DNA of 64,000 nucleotides from Bispira polyomma (lineage: Eukaryota). The stretch is taken from the NCBI GenBank assembly GCA_965649765.1, contig OZ287756.1, positions 34,348,001 to 34,412,000 on the forward strand. The letters run 5' to 3'. Positions 10,986 through 24,770 of this stretch are shown piece by piece. The notes below the pieces were generated by a model, which saw only the letters and a program-made list of their open reading frames with translations, searched no databases and was not told the DNA's origin. A program made the position numbers and the translations under genes. Positions within the stretch are counted from its first letter, which is position 1. Each line of letters starts with the position of its first letter.

Positions 10986-12287
10986 TCTCATTGGTAACAG
11001 CTTGTTTTCTGGCCATAAAGAAAAAACTGTTTCTGATATATGAGTAGTCTCTTGTTTGAATTAAATGTATATATGTGTATTTTAAAAATGAAAATTTTTC
11101 TGACATCCATGAATCTTAAGCAAGGCTAGGTCCCAGTTTACTTTTGATAAAAACTTAGAGTAAATACAGTTGTGAGCACTAGTCCTACTGTGTGTGTCAA
11201 CTGTAATAGCGGTGTAATAGCAGAGAGTTATTTCATCATTTTACTAGACTAGAGTAGCCTTAGGCCACATAACTACTACACACTGAACACAATGTGAGAG
11301 TAATGGGAGTATGGGAGTAATTTACAATATTAATACATGTAGCTTATTGGTGAACAAATGCTGAGTTACATTCAGAACAACTTTAGTGAACCATATTTTA
11401 TAAAAGTACAAACAGACTGTGATACACATACAGTAATTTCCAGAAAATGACATGCTAGGGGGATTACATGATAAGGGGAATTCAATATTTTGAAATTTTA
11501 TCTAGGTCCCCTTTCCCTTCCTTACATAAGATAAGCTGATAACACACACTTGTATATATGAACGTGACAAAGATATAGATCTAGAAAAACAGTACAAATA
11601 TAGACCAGCAAATAGGACATATAAACTATTGTGAAAGAGGAAATAGTCCAACTATTTGATCCCATGTTGACCCCGCAGTTTAAAATAAAGTAGATGTAAA
11701 GATAAATTATGTGACAAGCTAAATCCTGTTATATCTATCTAGAACATGCTGGACTACACATCACAGTTAGCACACACTACAGGCGTTAGTTACATCACTT
11801 TTTGTAGCATTTTTTTAGAAGATAAAAAAAAGAAGGATTACAGAAAAGGATCAGAAAATGGCAGGATTTCCTTGGAAATTAACACAACGTCGTCTGCATA
11901 CAAAAAGGGGCTCTGTTCATTGGTTCTAAAACAGTAACTTTCAGGATTTTTACATTTTCTTTAATAAGGTCTTATGGGAGGATTTGGAAGCACTAGTTCC
12001 TGGCATTGTTTTTTCTGATGTACTAACTGTAATGACAAAAAACACAGAAACTGTGGCTAGATGTATGGTGCTGTTAGGCTTATACACTGTATAAGATATA
12101 TAACAAATCCATAGTTACAGCTTATGCCTTCTGTCAACAGCTTTAATAAGGCTCCATTTTAATGAGAAATTATTAACTGTTGCTGCTGTCAGTTATAATG
12201 GTAAAATTATTGAAGTACATTAACCACTTGAAATTTAAAAAAAATAATTACAACAACCAGTTAAAACACATACTCCTAATATATGAT

Positions 12288-12614
12288 GGGCTTGTGTCCT
12301 AGGGGTAAGAGGGTCGCACTTTCTACCTGAAATGATCTGAGGGTCCCGTGTCGATCCCTGCTGCTGGCCTGGAGATTGTACCCTTGGACAAGGTACTTTG
12401 CACAAAGTTGGTTCCTCTACCCAGGTGTATAAATGGGTATCTGACCACTAATGGGTGGTCGTCTTTATGTGCCGTATGTGGCAGTATGCTCCCTGAAGGA
12501 CCTGAGACTGAACAATTCGTTGACAAGTGGAAGAACTAGGGTAATGAAGTCAAAGCACCTTAGATAACCGTGATCTTTATAACTGAGCTATATCAAATGA
12601 ATAATTATTATTAT
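12288..12614 (+). mobile_element. CORE-like tRNA-SINE, family 1, tail A
   Basis: A/B-box head; central tgtacccttggacaaggtacttt..ctctacccaggtgtataaatggg resembles the CORE domain; (att)n tail. Confidence 0.8.
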
Positions 12615-12827
12615 CAAAAGTACAACTAGGGAGCGTTGCCATAGGTAAAAAGGTGTTCTCTATTGTTTGAAGAATTTACAATTTATCATTGACATTAAAC
12701 AAAACCAACAAATATAGGGGATATAAGACTCATATATATATATATATATATATATTAGTGCATGGAACTGTTGAGAGGATTTGTTGGTGTTCTCTATTTG
12801 AAAAATGGTGTACTCGGTGACCTTGAT

Positions 12828-13043
12828 GGAGGCCACAGTGGCCTATTGGTTAGAAGCACCTACTTCACAATCACTGGCCTCACATTCAATATGAGTTTGA
12901 ATCTTGTTCATTCCTTCATGTGAAAAAGTTTGTCAGGAACTTGCCATAGATCAGTGGTATACACTGCTTCAGAACAGTTTTCTTCCACTGTAAAATCTGT
13001 CCATTGTGATATGACCTAAGCTGTTGAAAGCATTATAAAACCC
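12828..13043 (+). mobile_element. tRNA-headed SINE, family 2
   Basis: ggaggccacagtggcctattggttaga head; gatatgacctaagctgttgaaagc tail. Confidence 0.8.
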
Positions 13044-13836
13044 CTTGTAAATTCAAAATTTGTAACCTCACTAATTGCACTCTATTTTCAAATAATGAAC
13101 ACTACTGCCAACCCATCCTATACTTTATGTGTAACCAAAACTCACACTTCTTGGCCTATAACGACATAGTACAGATCACCACTCTCTTTCCTATAAGTTA
13201 TAGCTTTAATCCAAGTTAGTTGTCAATCAATCTGTATCCAGGGTGAGGCCAGTTTAAACGGGTCACAATATTTGTTTCTATGTGTGTCTGTATACATGCA
13301 TATAGGAGTAGAATCAAGCCATTTATCAGTACTCTGAGGTCATAGTTAACCTTCAGTGGGATGCTAGAGATATTGAATTATTTAACAAGTGCACACAAAC
13401 ATGCACAACCTCCTCCCTATAACCATATATATCTCAGAGTTTAATTGTGACTTAAACTGTAGTCTAATAGAATGTATAGATCAAAATTTAAAGTGACCCG
13501 TTTGTTTCCAATAGAAAGAAAGATTGAACTATTAACAAGAATATTGGTGCATTTTAGAATAGGATATTTTTAATAAAAATATTTAACAAAAATAAAAGAT
13601 CCATAACCCATATTTTATAATTAAAGTCCACATGCTCAGTGACTTTATCTACTCAAATGCCCTGGACGTCATTAACGATTGACCACCACCTACACAGTAA
13701 ATATTGTAGATCCGGGGCTTTTACACATTCTACTAGATCTCAAATACTAAATGGGATGCATTGTAAATGTTGATTGTTGCCTATAGATTATTTGATATAA
13801 TGGACATAATAGGTTTTACAGAGTCATGCACCGTTA

Positions 13837-14695
13837 AACCCACATCCCATACAGGCGACAAAAAATGCACGACAGTGTTCCGATAATTTATTGGCCAATT
13901 TCTTCATTGTTCGTGTGCAGTTGCCTGAAAAGAAAACAACAAACAAAAGGGGCCATTCAGGAGACACATATGGGACAGCCATGAGACCACATTGAGACAG
14001 CATTCAGACAACAGTATGACAATTGGCATTTTTTTGTTGTTACACGAAAGTGATAAGACCACTGTGAGACATTTATTCGATTTTGTATGACAATGTCCCC
14101 TCATTGTCTCTTTCATTCATGTATTGTCACCTTCCTGTCCCCTTACTCTTACATATTTTAATTGGTTTGGCGACAATAGTACACAATGAAGACAGTGACA
14201 AGACAGCAGGGTGACATGGTGGTGACTTCAAAGACAAAGATAAGACAATATGCAATTGTCTCCCCATTGTCTCCTTAAAGGTTTGTTGTCATGGCGGTTG
14301 AATTTTGAATAATTCAGTGCCACATCAATCAAGTAAAAGAATTTACTGGAGACAACAAGGAAACATCGGAGAGACACTAAGAGGAATTGAGGAGACACCA
14401 ACGAGACTTCAGAGAGACACCTAGAGGAATTAAGGAGACATCAAGGAGACATCAGAGAAACACTTAGAGGAATTAAGGAGACATCAATGAGACATCACGG
14501 AGACATCAGAGCGACACTAAGAAGAATTAACGAGATATCAATGAGACATCAAGGAAACATCAAGGAGACATCAGAGAGACACTAATAGGAATTGAGGAGA
14601 CATCAAGGAGACAATGGGAAGAATCCCTTGTGGTATCAAAACATTTCATGTCACCCATTGTCACCAAGCCAATTCGCCGCCGTTGCAAAACGGCT
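13837..14695. mobile_element. Probable non-autonomous DNA transposon with an internal GAGACA repeat array
   Basis: Flanked by TTA on both sides, weak TIR match. Dense gagaca/tgtctc motifs in both orientations; purine-rich tandem array 14345-14615 (gaggaattaaggagacatcaaggagacatcagagagacacta). Confidence 0.45.
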
Positions 14696-16859
14696 TTAGT
14701 TCAAATATGATAGGACATTTATTAATTCAGAATATTTGTTGTGTCTATAGATATAAACAAGTATGATTTGACATTAGATCAGAATTGCTTCCGTCTGGAA
14801 TATATTTTCCATTTTGCCACCATCTGTCATTACACGAAGCTATAGAAGATTTAAACAGTACTAAACAGCACCTGGGGAACTTTTGTCATTGAAAATTTTG
14901 AAACAGCCAAGCGGTTGTCATATGGTACAGTGTGTGTTTTAATTTGGGCACAGAAGTATAAAAATGTATAATAACATACTTAAAAATCTTTTTTCTGACA
15001 TGGCAATTTATATAATTTTCGAGTGAAATTTTCCTGAAAGATCACAAGTTTTTAAGCCAGATATAATATATATGGTTGAAATTGTGACAAATCATATATG
15101 GTTTAATTTGTGACAATTATAACGCCAGACACTGCACTTATCCATTTCATTACAAGAAACATAAAATTAGTGTAATTTAAGCAGGTTAGGATCCTTGGGT
15201 ACCTCAATAACTTTACTAATGTGCACCCTAACCTATACTTTAGTCTTCAAATATAAAGTCCCAAACTTTTTGGGTGTGTTTGGGGATAGCAAGTCAGTGT
15301 AAGGGCATAAAAAGTCCCATCATTGATAGATATATCAAAGTTCCTCCCAACTAATTATACACATTATGCAGTCATTATTGTATTGCCCAGTCAAATATCA
15401 TCAATCTTAAATGAATGTCAAATGGAGAAATGTGTCTTCTAACAAGAAATGATATATTGAAAAATAAACCACCAGCTATCTTTTTAATGACATTAGTATC
15501 ATACAATTCAATGGCTTTTGCATAAATTAGTATTTTTGTTAAAGAATGATTTTATTGAAGATGTGTAATATGCATCATGTTGATGAGGTATACCTTGTCA
15601 GAGCTGTATATAGCCATGAATACTGAATGAGGTACCCAAGAGCTGACTTCTCTATAGAAAAAAAATATCATAATATCGACTCAGGCACAGGCTCAAAATC
15701 TAACGTCTCTCCCTATATCTAAAGTGAGACGGAAAATACATCAAATGTGACTGGCTATGTGAATTCAGTGCTGAAAGCTCTAGTAAAATGAGTAGTGGAA
15801 TGCATTTACCATTGTGTTTACAGAGAGAGAGCGATAGAAAGAAAGTATTTTTTTATAGTGTCACCTGTAATTACATAAATATTTTATACATAAAATGAAA
15901 ACAGACAGCCCAATAATTGGGCTTATGAGGCACTCTATATAAATACATTTTTACACTAATACACTAACGTTGATATGGCCACTATATATCCAGATCCCAG
16001 ACTGCACCTGATAACAATAAATCTAACACCGCCTGAGTTTGGTCGGGTCGATTGTTTGCAACCCATCCATTAAGGCCTTACATTTTATTTTTAAGATGGT
16101 AGCGCCCTTTTCAACGGTGGCGTCCTTTTCAAAATTGAAAACAACATCAGGCTGTGCCTGCTAAAAACAAAGCTGCAAAAGTGAAGTCTCAGATGTGTAA
16201 CATCAAACTGTGGTCCTTGATTTTTGAAAATGTCAAAAATTCCATTAGCAGAACCTCTTAAATTTAATGAAAGGCCCCGGAAGTGTCCTATAAAAGTACA
16301 GCAATACAGCTCTTAAAATGTTAAGAACACATATATGCACCACAATATGGTATGGAGGCAGTATAGAAGTTAGTGCTAACCAATTAGTTTCTACAGTGAC
16401 ACTGCAAAAAACACTATATGTTATAGTTACAAAAACAATTGCTAGTAGGTAGCATTTAATTGGAGATATTTGCACTTAACTTATTGAATGTAGCAAACAT
16501 TCCAAATATTTAAATATTGCCAAATACCTCTTGATAGTTATGCAAATATTTCTATGTGTAGTGAACATACTTATCCTTAAAAGAATGGGTGTGTACTATC
16601 AACTAGTCACTAAAAGGGATGTGTATTGTTCTTGTTCTGAAGTACCCCTTTATAGTAATTAGGCGGCTCCTATGACAAGGATGGACTCAAATGACACAAT
16701 TTACACATACACAGACAAAAACCCACTGAGATATGCCATACTACTGGCTCCCTAACACACCACACAGAAGAAAAAAGGATTAATAAGTTTAGAATCTAAT
16801 TACACTCTTCATGAAATGGGGTTGGAGTATCCTAAACACCAAGGTGAACAATGAGGGCC

Positions 16860-16893
16860 ACTTCCGTGACGTCATATACAGACGTGACGTCAG
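16860..16893. promoter_or_regulatory. ETS core plus a pair of perfect CRE sites
   Basis: cacttccgTGACGTCAtatacagacgTGACGTCA: CREs at 16867-16874 and 16885-16892, in unique-looking DNA. Confidence 0.45.
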
Positions 16894-17274
16894 CAAAACA
16901 AGAAGATGTTTTGTTAGAGGGCTGAAACACTGAGTACACACTTTGTAATGAAAGTAGGCATTGTTAATGAATAACTATATATAATGACTATATGTTCTTC
17001 ATCTATGCATATGTATGCAGAGTTCTCAATTATATGTGGATATTAGGTCGATGCCACTTAATTAGTACAATGTGTACTTGGTAACGGAAGTCTCTGTATA
17101 TTTGTGGTCAAGGGAAGGGAAGTTCTACATAGCTAGACTTTCTTAAGGCTTTAGTTTCTATAAAATAATGTCAAAGTTATCTTTCTTACTTATAGTATTT
17201 ATATAGTTGGTATTGGTTGGCAAGTTTGGGCTCCAGAAACAATTATTCTGGATTAATTAATCTTATTTTCGTAT

Positions 17275-17606
17275 TTTATGTTAATCTGTGTGAGTTTATA
17301 GTCTGATATGACATGCAGTAAGGTCTCAGCTGACTTTTCAATTTACACCCCCAGCCTGGGTTCTTTCACTTGTCAACTAGTTATTCACTATCACCGCTCC
17401 CTGAGAAAGCATACTAGTTGTGCTGCCACATATACATCGCAAAGACACACATTAGCGACCAGGTACTCATATATACAACTAGGTAGAGAGGGGCAACTTT
17501 GTGTAAAGTACCTTGTCCAAAGGTACAATCACCAGGTCCGTAAGAGAATAGAACCTGCCCCCTCAGATACAGAGTCAGACACTCTAACCACTAGGCCACA
17601 GAGACC
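17275..17606 (-). mobile_element. CORE-like tRNA-SINE, family 1, tail B
   Basis: Reverse complement of the 34473 and 62647 copies, including the atatcagactataaac tail. Confidence 0.85.
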
Positions 17607-18186
17607 ACTTCATATTCATACACAAGCATTTAATTTGACACAGAAATCGCCATCAAAGATATAGTTATTATTAAAAAAAATTTAAACTTGTTTTACACAC
17701 ACTAATTTAAGTTCCCCAAGATTAATTCGGTGTTTTTTATACTAAACATGAAACGTTTATAGTTCTTGGAGCATTGTAATGGTGCATAAAAATAAGAGTG
17801 TCATTTTAGACTTGATGAAGAATTCCAGCTATGTGAATGTATACCTGAATAAGATAAAGAAACTCATTATACTAATTAGCTGTCTTCTTAAAAGATCAAG
17901 GAGTTTACTACTGACAAGGAAATATGGATGTTTTAGAGTAGATATTAATAGTTTAATATGGCATAAATATTAACATGGAGCCTTGGAGATAAAATCTTAT
18001 AGTGAATCTTAGAAACAGTCTGTTACGCATTTAACATTTCAACTACTTAAGGCTATCTCTTATCTTATAGCTATAAGGACCATTGTAACAGATATAAACT
18101 GGCCATTTTTGTTTGCTCTGCTGTCATAAATAAACATTTTAAAAGCTTTCTATTATTGCCCTTATTATGTGACAGTCTGATTTGAA

Positions 18187-18326
18187 GAATAACACATGAC
18201 AAAGCATGCTGTACGGTAATTTTTAGCACGATTGGAGGCGTAGTAACACGAAGGTGAAGCATGAGTTTTTCTAAGCTCCAAGAGTGGTAAAAATGACCAT
18301 ATAGCATGCGTTGGAATGTGTTATCC
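18187..18326. repeat. Fold-back inverted repeat, probably the core of a non-autonomous element
   Basis: Arms gaataacaca..gcatgctgtacggtaattttta and taaaaatgaccatatagcatgc..tgtgttatcc are complementary. Confidence 0.55.
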
Positions 18327-18693
18327 CTATTCTAAGATGACAAATTAAAATTATTATCTGGTTTTAGCTGTTTTTACTTTAAATTTATGCTATTGAAGGA
18401 ACTTTATCCATTGGGCATCAAAATTAGCCTACATCCGTTTATGTATATACGGTTATTCTTAACGTAGCTTCGTGCTAATCAGAATCGCAGATACAGCCGT
18501 GTCATAGTAGAATTACAGTTTTATGTTTGACTTAGTTCAATTAGTTCTGAACTGGCTCAAATTTGCTATGAAAAATTGAGCCCTGAGCAAGGCTAGATTC
18601 TATAATAATAATAATTATTATAAGGTATTTGTTTTTTGTTTGTCTGGTGTTATTGTTGACAGTTTCCAGGATATATGTTTGTATGGTCTTACG

Positions 18694-19462
18694 TGTTACG
18701 GTGACGGGAGCCAGCGCGGTAGCAATTACCGGTTGCTTTGAGGTTGTAACAGGAAAAGACAAAAAGTTTCACTTAACAAATTTATTTAACAAATAAAATA
18801 ACAATTACAGAATTACAAAATTACAGTCAACTGAGATACCCTTAATAGCTCACACAATAATACAATAATGAAATCAATCTGACCTGACCACAGTCCTGTC
18901 CACTCAAATAACAATTAAACCAGTTTGTCCACTGTATCCAGCAATCTGTCTTGAGATCCGCTCAATGTCCACACAATGCCTGTATCCTGTTATCTGTTCA
19001 GTGTCCACGCACACAAAATGTATATATCCAGAGAGTCTGCACAACTAAGCTATCCAGTCCAGGATGCAAACAATATCCAATATGCAGTAAATCCAATCTC
19101 TGGTAGATCCACAACTTTTATCTAGTTCACTCCAATGAGTTCACCACAAAATGTATATAACAAACAGTTTATATCCACAGTATAGTAGTTCATATAGCAT
19201 TCATATAGCACCTCAGCTCAATTAACTCTCTTCTGTGGCCAGGCTGTCAACCCTTATATATACCACTGCTAGAGAAGGTTGCTAGAATGTGTAAGCAATC
19301 GCTAGGACATTCCAGAGATGAGATATACATATGAATACAACTTTAATAACCTTCAGGAATAAAATAGAACCCGTTTCTAGAAGCTTAGGGGTTTCCCCAA
19401 TTCTATAAATAGATCACTCTAGCAGAGTGCTTTAACATGCCACAATGTCCTTATATGTAACA
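18694..19462 (-). mobile_element. Solo LTR (769 bp)
   Basis: TGTTAC...GTAACA termini and a perfect 5-bp duplication TTACG (18689-18693, 19463-19467). Minus-strand TATATATAAG near 19260 and AATAAA near 18785. Confidence 0.88.
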
Positions 19463-19616
19463 TTACGTCTCACATAATTGTCCTCAAATTTTATTAGAAA
19501 GTATTTTTGTTATCGGCATTCCAAATTGTACTCCAATTGATATAGCATGAGATAATTATAATACAACAATAAATGTATTATTAGCCTGGACAAAAGATCC
19601 AAGCCCAAATTTCATT

Positions 19617-19878
19617 AGTTTTTTTTAGTTACTTTTTACATACTTATATCATATTATGACAGCCAGATTTATCGGTGAGGAAACCAGTTATATTACGACG
19701 GCGAGATTTATCGGTGAGCAAACCAGTGCTGAAGTTTGTAAACCACCGACTTACGGAAGGGAGCTGACAAATTTCCCACATGAAAGGAATGAACGGGATT
19801 CGAACCCACACAATTGGTGATATGCCAGTGATTGTGAACAAGCATGCCCTTCTAACCACTAGGCTCATGTAGGCCTTC
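19617..19878 (-). mobile_element. tRNA-headed SINE, family 2, with an internal duplication of about 40 bp
   Basis: agatttatcggtgag..aaaccagt occurs twice; head ggattcgaaccc..ctaaccactaggc. Confidence 0.8.
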
Positions 19879-22800
19879 CAAATTTACAAAGCTGTACAGA
19901 GATGCTCAGTCTGCTCATTATAACTATTAGAATCCAACTAAGTGATCTAATCTTTTAGGTTACCATGAAAACCATTATGCCCCCATAATCTAGTGACTCT
20001 ACTACATACCTGAACGGACATGTTTTTATGCGATTACCATGTTGACATGGGTGACAACAATCAGCCGATGTTCAACAGGCAATCAGCAGTTTTTCTGTTT
20101 TCCTTAATTATTCAGAATTATTTAAGAAAAATGTATTTACACTTAAGTATTTTAGCCATTTTCAAACCTTTTGATGCAACAAAAAGCACAATAAACCGAA
20201 TAAAATAAAAACAAAATTTTACCTTCAGTCATTTCTATTATTAATAAAGAATCAGCAATGTTTACACAGCGATATGCAATTTTAAGCAATTTTGTTTTGC
20301 TACCAGGAGCAAAAAAAATTGCCTTGCAATGCTCCTATCGGCATTGCTCACTTAAAAACACTTGGTAGTAATAAATCAATGAAACTAAGAAAATTGCCTG
20401 CATGGAAACGTCCACTTATGCGGCGGCGACTCGTCCGTGTTACGATTACACCAATCTAGCTTATTTTAATCGGTTTCACAATATCTGAAACCCAAATTAC
20501 CTTATAATGATAAGAGATAAACTTTTTAATGTATTTTTAGGTCATTTTTGATGCTTGGGACAGTCTTTAGAACGCATTCCTACCTATTTTATAGCTTCCA
20601 TAGGAGGGTTTAATTAGGCATGCATGGGCTTACATTGTACAAGCTCCACTAGAATTGGGCGATCCTGATTCAATCACTACACCCTTATTTTACGATAGCG
20701 ATGCATTGTAAACTCAACCCTGGCGCTTCTCAAACGTTCACTTCTGCTGTGAGCAAACGGTAGTTTTAAACAAAATTTTCACAATGGTTTACCTAATTCA
20801 TGTAATGCCGTGCTATGCATATTGACCGCAAAGACGGAAAAGTCTGTCTTTTCCAAACACATTATGTGATTTAAACTTAATCATGGGGTGAATACAGTAA
20901 GCAGCTTCTCTCAGGGTTCCCACAGAAATCTCCTTTACGAGACTACAAATACAATTGATTTACATATCACCAAAACACATGTCTTGTGACTTCAGCAATG
21001 AATGATAAACATATCTTTTTTGTGTGTGGTCATTTAGCTAGGTCCTCTTTTCATATCTGTTATCATCATTATATCTGATAATTGAGATAAGTATAGATAA
21101 CACTATCAGATGAGAAACTGTCAGAAACGAAATCAGATAGATGGCTAAAAGAAAAACACTTTGACGAACCCATTAGTATTTTTCACATTTTGATATGTGT
21201 CTTTGATATAGGTTAGAAAGAACAAAACTGTGTAAATATTATGTATTAGTAACAAATGTGCCCTCAGGTAAACTGCACATATCCCAATAAACACTCTATG
21301 TTTATCAACAGCCAATAGATCTCCTATCATTTCCGGGGGTGGTCTTTTAAATGGACAAGTATTGCTTCATATAGTATATACATGTCGATATTCCAAATAA
21401 TATCAATAATATCAAATAGCACAAGTACCAGCTTGCATTCTCATTGGGAAGGGTTTGAGGAGGGGAGTAGAACGAGGGAGGGAGCTATTTTTCAAGAGTA
21501 AGGTAAACACCATTTACTAGGTAACTTTCCACTCTTCCGGTATCTCCTATTTGAGTAAGTCTTTCATATCTACAATGAAAGTTGAGCACAATTAACAAAG
21601 ACAGAAATTGTGTTACAAATTTTGACAGTCATTTTTCATCACAAGATTAGCTGACCCTGTATGAACTTAGGGTTCATGGGAAGACATGGACAGTCATCCA
21701 CATCATCAAAATACCAAAAACCAAAATTTAGTACATTTACAAACCTGACGACTTGGTCATTGTGTTTTGTATGTAACTAATTGAAAGAAAGTGTGTCATC
21801 CTGAGTGTATAGCCAATACAGAGAATTATTACTAGAACCAATATCATTGTGTCTCTGCAAAGTTTAAATGGTCTCTGTTTGCACTGATTAAGTCCACCAG
21901 GGACTCAGTTTAGATTTGTGTCTCTGAGTTTTCAGCAGAATGTCAAATGTGATCAAACAATGTCAAAATATTGACCTTGTATAAAATGTCCTTTTATCTA
22001 CCTTTAATCTGGTATTTCAAGAGCTAATTAACATTTTTTTCACTTCTAAGTAGCAAATCTGCACAATGAACTAGTAACTGTCAATTCCTTAATAGAAAAA
22101 GAAGACATGATGATAACCATTAACGTCCTCTTGGATCTTTAGCCTGACACTGGATATAAGTTCCAATGACAGGGGACCAGCATTATAAGAGGACTATTTC
22201 CTCTGGAGATATTGCTGAGAGATATTTTGGAAGACAATACATTCACTTGACATTTAATATAGAATTCAACTGGTATGTTTTTGAAGCGTATGGGGATATA
22301 TATGTATAAGCATGGGAGAACTCGATATACAAATTCTGCAAACACTGTGTTGGATTTTTTTGCACCTTGTTTATCTGATATAGTAAAAAAAAAATTGGCA
22401 AATAAACACTCAGATGTAATTTTAAGCAACATCCAGCATCTATTGTTTCTGCATGACAGGAAAACTAGATTAATTTATCGTGGAAATTACTCTATATATA
22501 TATATTATTATATGTGTCTAAAATCAAAATCCAATACAGAATAATGACAATGATAATGAAATTAAAATTGCTAGTATTAAAGAGATTTATAGGGAAAAGC
22601 TTGTGCAATATGCAAAGCATTAGATTATGTAGATCAAACAGTATGGGGGCGGAAACACAAACACTGAGTATATGTGTAAATGAATTAGTACATGTATGTT
22701 TGATCCCACAACATCAAATAGTTGTCTACCCACAACCATCCCTGACAAAAATCTTCTTTTTTTTTGGTTGGTGACCTTTAAGGGTTGATTTAAAGCCAAA

Positions 22801-23964
22801 TTAATGACAGTCCATTCTCTGAAGTGTTTATTCTACAAGAAAGGGTAACCTTACACAGTCTATACGATAATATCATGCGAAGACATATGGAAAAAATAAA
22901 TGTTTCTTATAACAACTTTTATTATAAAACAAGTCATTTGGGTATAGACACTAACAAATGTTAAAACTACTAACACAGCCTTTACAAATTTATTACACAT
23001 TCTTAAATGCTTATGCCTTTTATATCTCTGTAGTGGGTAGCATTATAAACAAGGTGGTGGTATGTGCACATTTTACCCAAGGATCTTGCACCCCTAACTT
23101 TGTTATAGATTATCAAAAAAGTAACTGTGCGACACATTTGACAAAACACCCTAAAAGCAATTTTATAGTTTAGCAGTAGCAAGTGAATTACTCAAAGTAG
23201 CTATGTGTGCTATTGCCAGACATAATTAAATTTTGTATATTGTAGAAAATAATAAAATATGTGAATAATATATGTCAGAATTGCAGCGGAGGCATGGTAT
23301 TTCTATGGCTGAGGTTAGGTGAGCCAATGACGACTCTGGCTTTACCAGGATTCAAACCGAAGACCATCCGATTATAGGATAGAATATCTTTTACTTATAA
23401 GTCGCATCGTTAAAGTATCATTTTGGTAGAATCGTAGTTTTAGAATATTAATATTAACATCCAGCCTGTTATAGGCTTATGAGACACAAATTAAAAAAAT
23501 AACCCATTTAAAAAATTAAGAATAAATTTTTATGAAAACATTACAATTTCTAAATGTGACAAGAGCATTTCTAATTTCTTATTTTCACATAGAACATCAT
23601 AATCCAGAACAATTTCTGTACAATTTTTTAAAGGTGAATTATTTTTCGAATTGTATCATAAATCTTTTCAACACTTGTGTGAAAGGGCAGTTTATTAGAG
23701 AAACCCGTGCAGATTAATTGGTTAACTTTTCCGTACTATAAACAACCAACCTTAAGCAAATTATACGGCCAACTTTACTATTTGTATGTTGGGGTGAAGA
23801 TACGAACCCAAAATGACTGAGCTCGGAGTCGACGTTGTGACCTGGTATTCCAGCGAGGTCCATCACAAGAGTATAGGAAACCATACTAAGATACTATCTA
23901 TACTTTAATGTGTTAACTATCATGCCATTACAAGATTTAATTTGTATACACTGGTCTTTAACAG

Positions 23965-24200
23965 ATAAGTTTGGGTTTATGGTCATTTAAACATTTTTTT
24001 ATGTCATATTTACAATGTGCAGTTTACCGGTGGAGAAAATCAGAACTGGGTAGTTGGTCAAGATTTTCTGTTCTGCAAACTACAAACCTTCAACAAGTCT
24101 ATTGCCAACTTTGTCATTTATGCCAGGGCTGAGATCTGAACCCAGCAGCGCAGAGTTGGTTGGTAAGAGTTTTACGTCTATACATGCCAAGGGACCTCAC
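23965..24200 (-). mobile_element. tRNA-headed SINE, family 3 (degenerate)
   Basis: gtcatatt..gggtagttggtcaagatt..gccaacttt..tgaaccc shared with the 26685, 42068 and 53415 copies. Confidence 0.55.
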
Positions 24201-24439
24201 AAGACCTCAAGATACAAACACATAAGAATAGTACATGGATATCAATGTGTCAACCTGCATGTCTTAATAAGATTTAATCTGTTCAAAGATCTTTAACAAG
24301 GTTGACATATCTGTCTTTGAGATCTTGTAATAATTTGTCAAAGGTTATCTCTTCTTTATTTTATGGGCAAGGTAACATCAGTGGTACAGTTTATTTATTT
24401 AGCCGCCCTTGAAAGTGTCAGTGTAAAATGTGACCCAAA

Positions 24440-24770
24440 TGGACTGAGAGACAAAAATCAAATGTGACATCACTGGACTGAAGGGACAAGAATCGACATC
24501 TGCTAAATGAGACGTCACTAAAGTGACAAGAATCAACATCTGCTAAATGTGACGTCACAGGACTAAAGAGACAAGAATCAACGTCTGCTAAATGTGACGT
24601 CACTGGACTAAAGTAACAAGAATCAACATCTGTTAAATGTGACGTCACTACACTAAAGATACAATAATCAATGCCATATTTCACCTAAATGAACTAGGGA
24701 CAAAAATCAACGTCTGCTAAATGCAACATCACTAGACTAAAGAGACAACAATCGCGATCAGCAAAATATG
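24440..24770. repeat. 45-bp minisatellite carrying GTGACGTCAC palindromes
   Basis: Unit tgctaaatgtgacgtcacaggactaaagagacaagaatcaacgtc, about 7 copies; perfect CREs at about 24550, 24595, 24640. The flank 24195-24490 is duplicated at 24840-25155 with a further CRE at about 25132. Confidence 0.85.

Noticed and set aside
12288-12365. tRNA genes at A-box/B-box motifs
   Set aside because: Every case continues into a SINE body and tail and lacks a complete cloverleaf.
21105-21140. Hammerhead-like cagatgag..cgaaa
   Set aside because: Lacks the CUGANGA core and the supporting stems.
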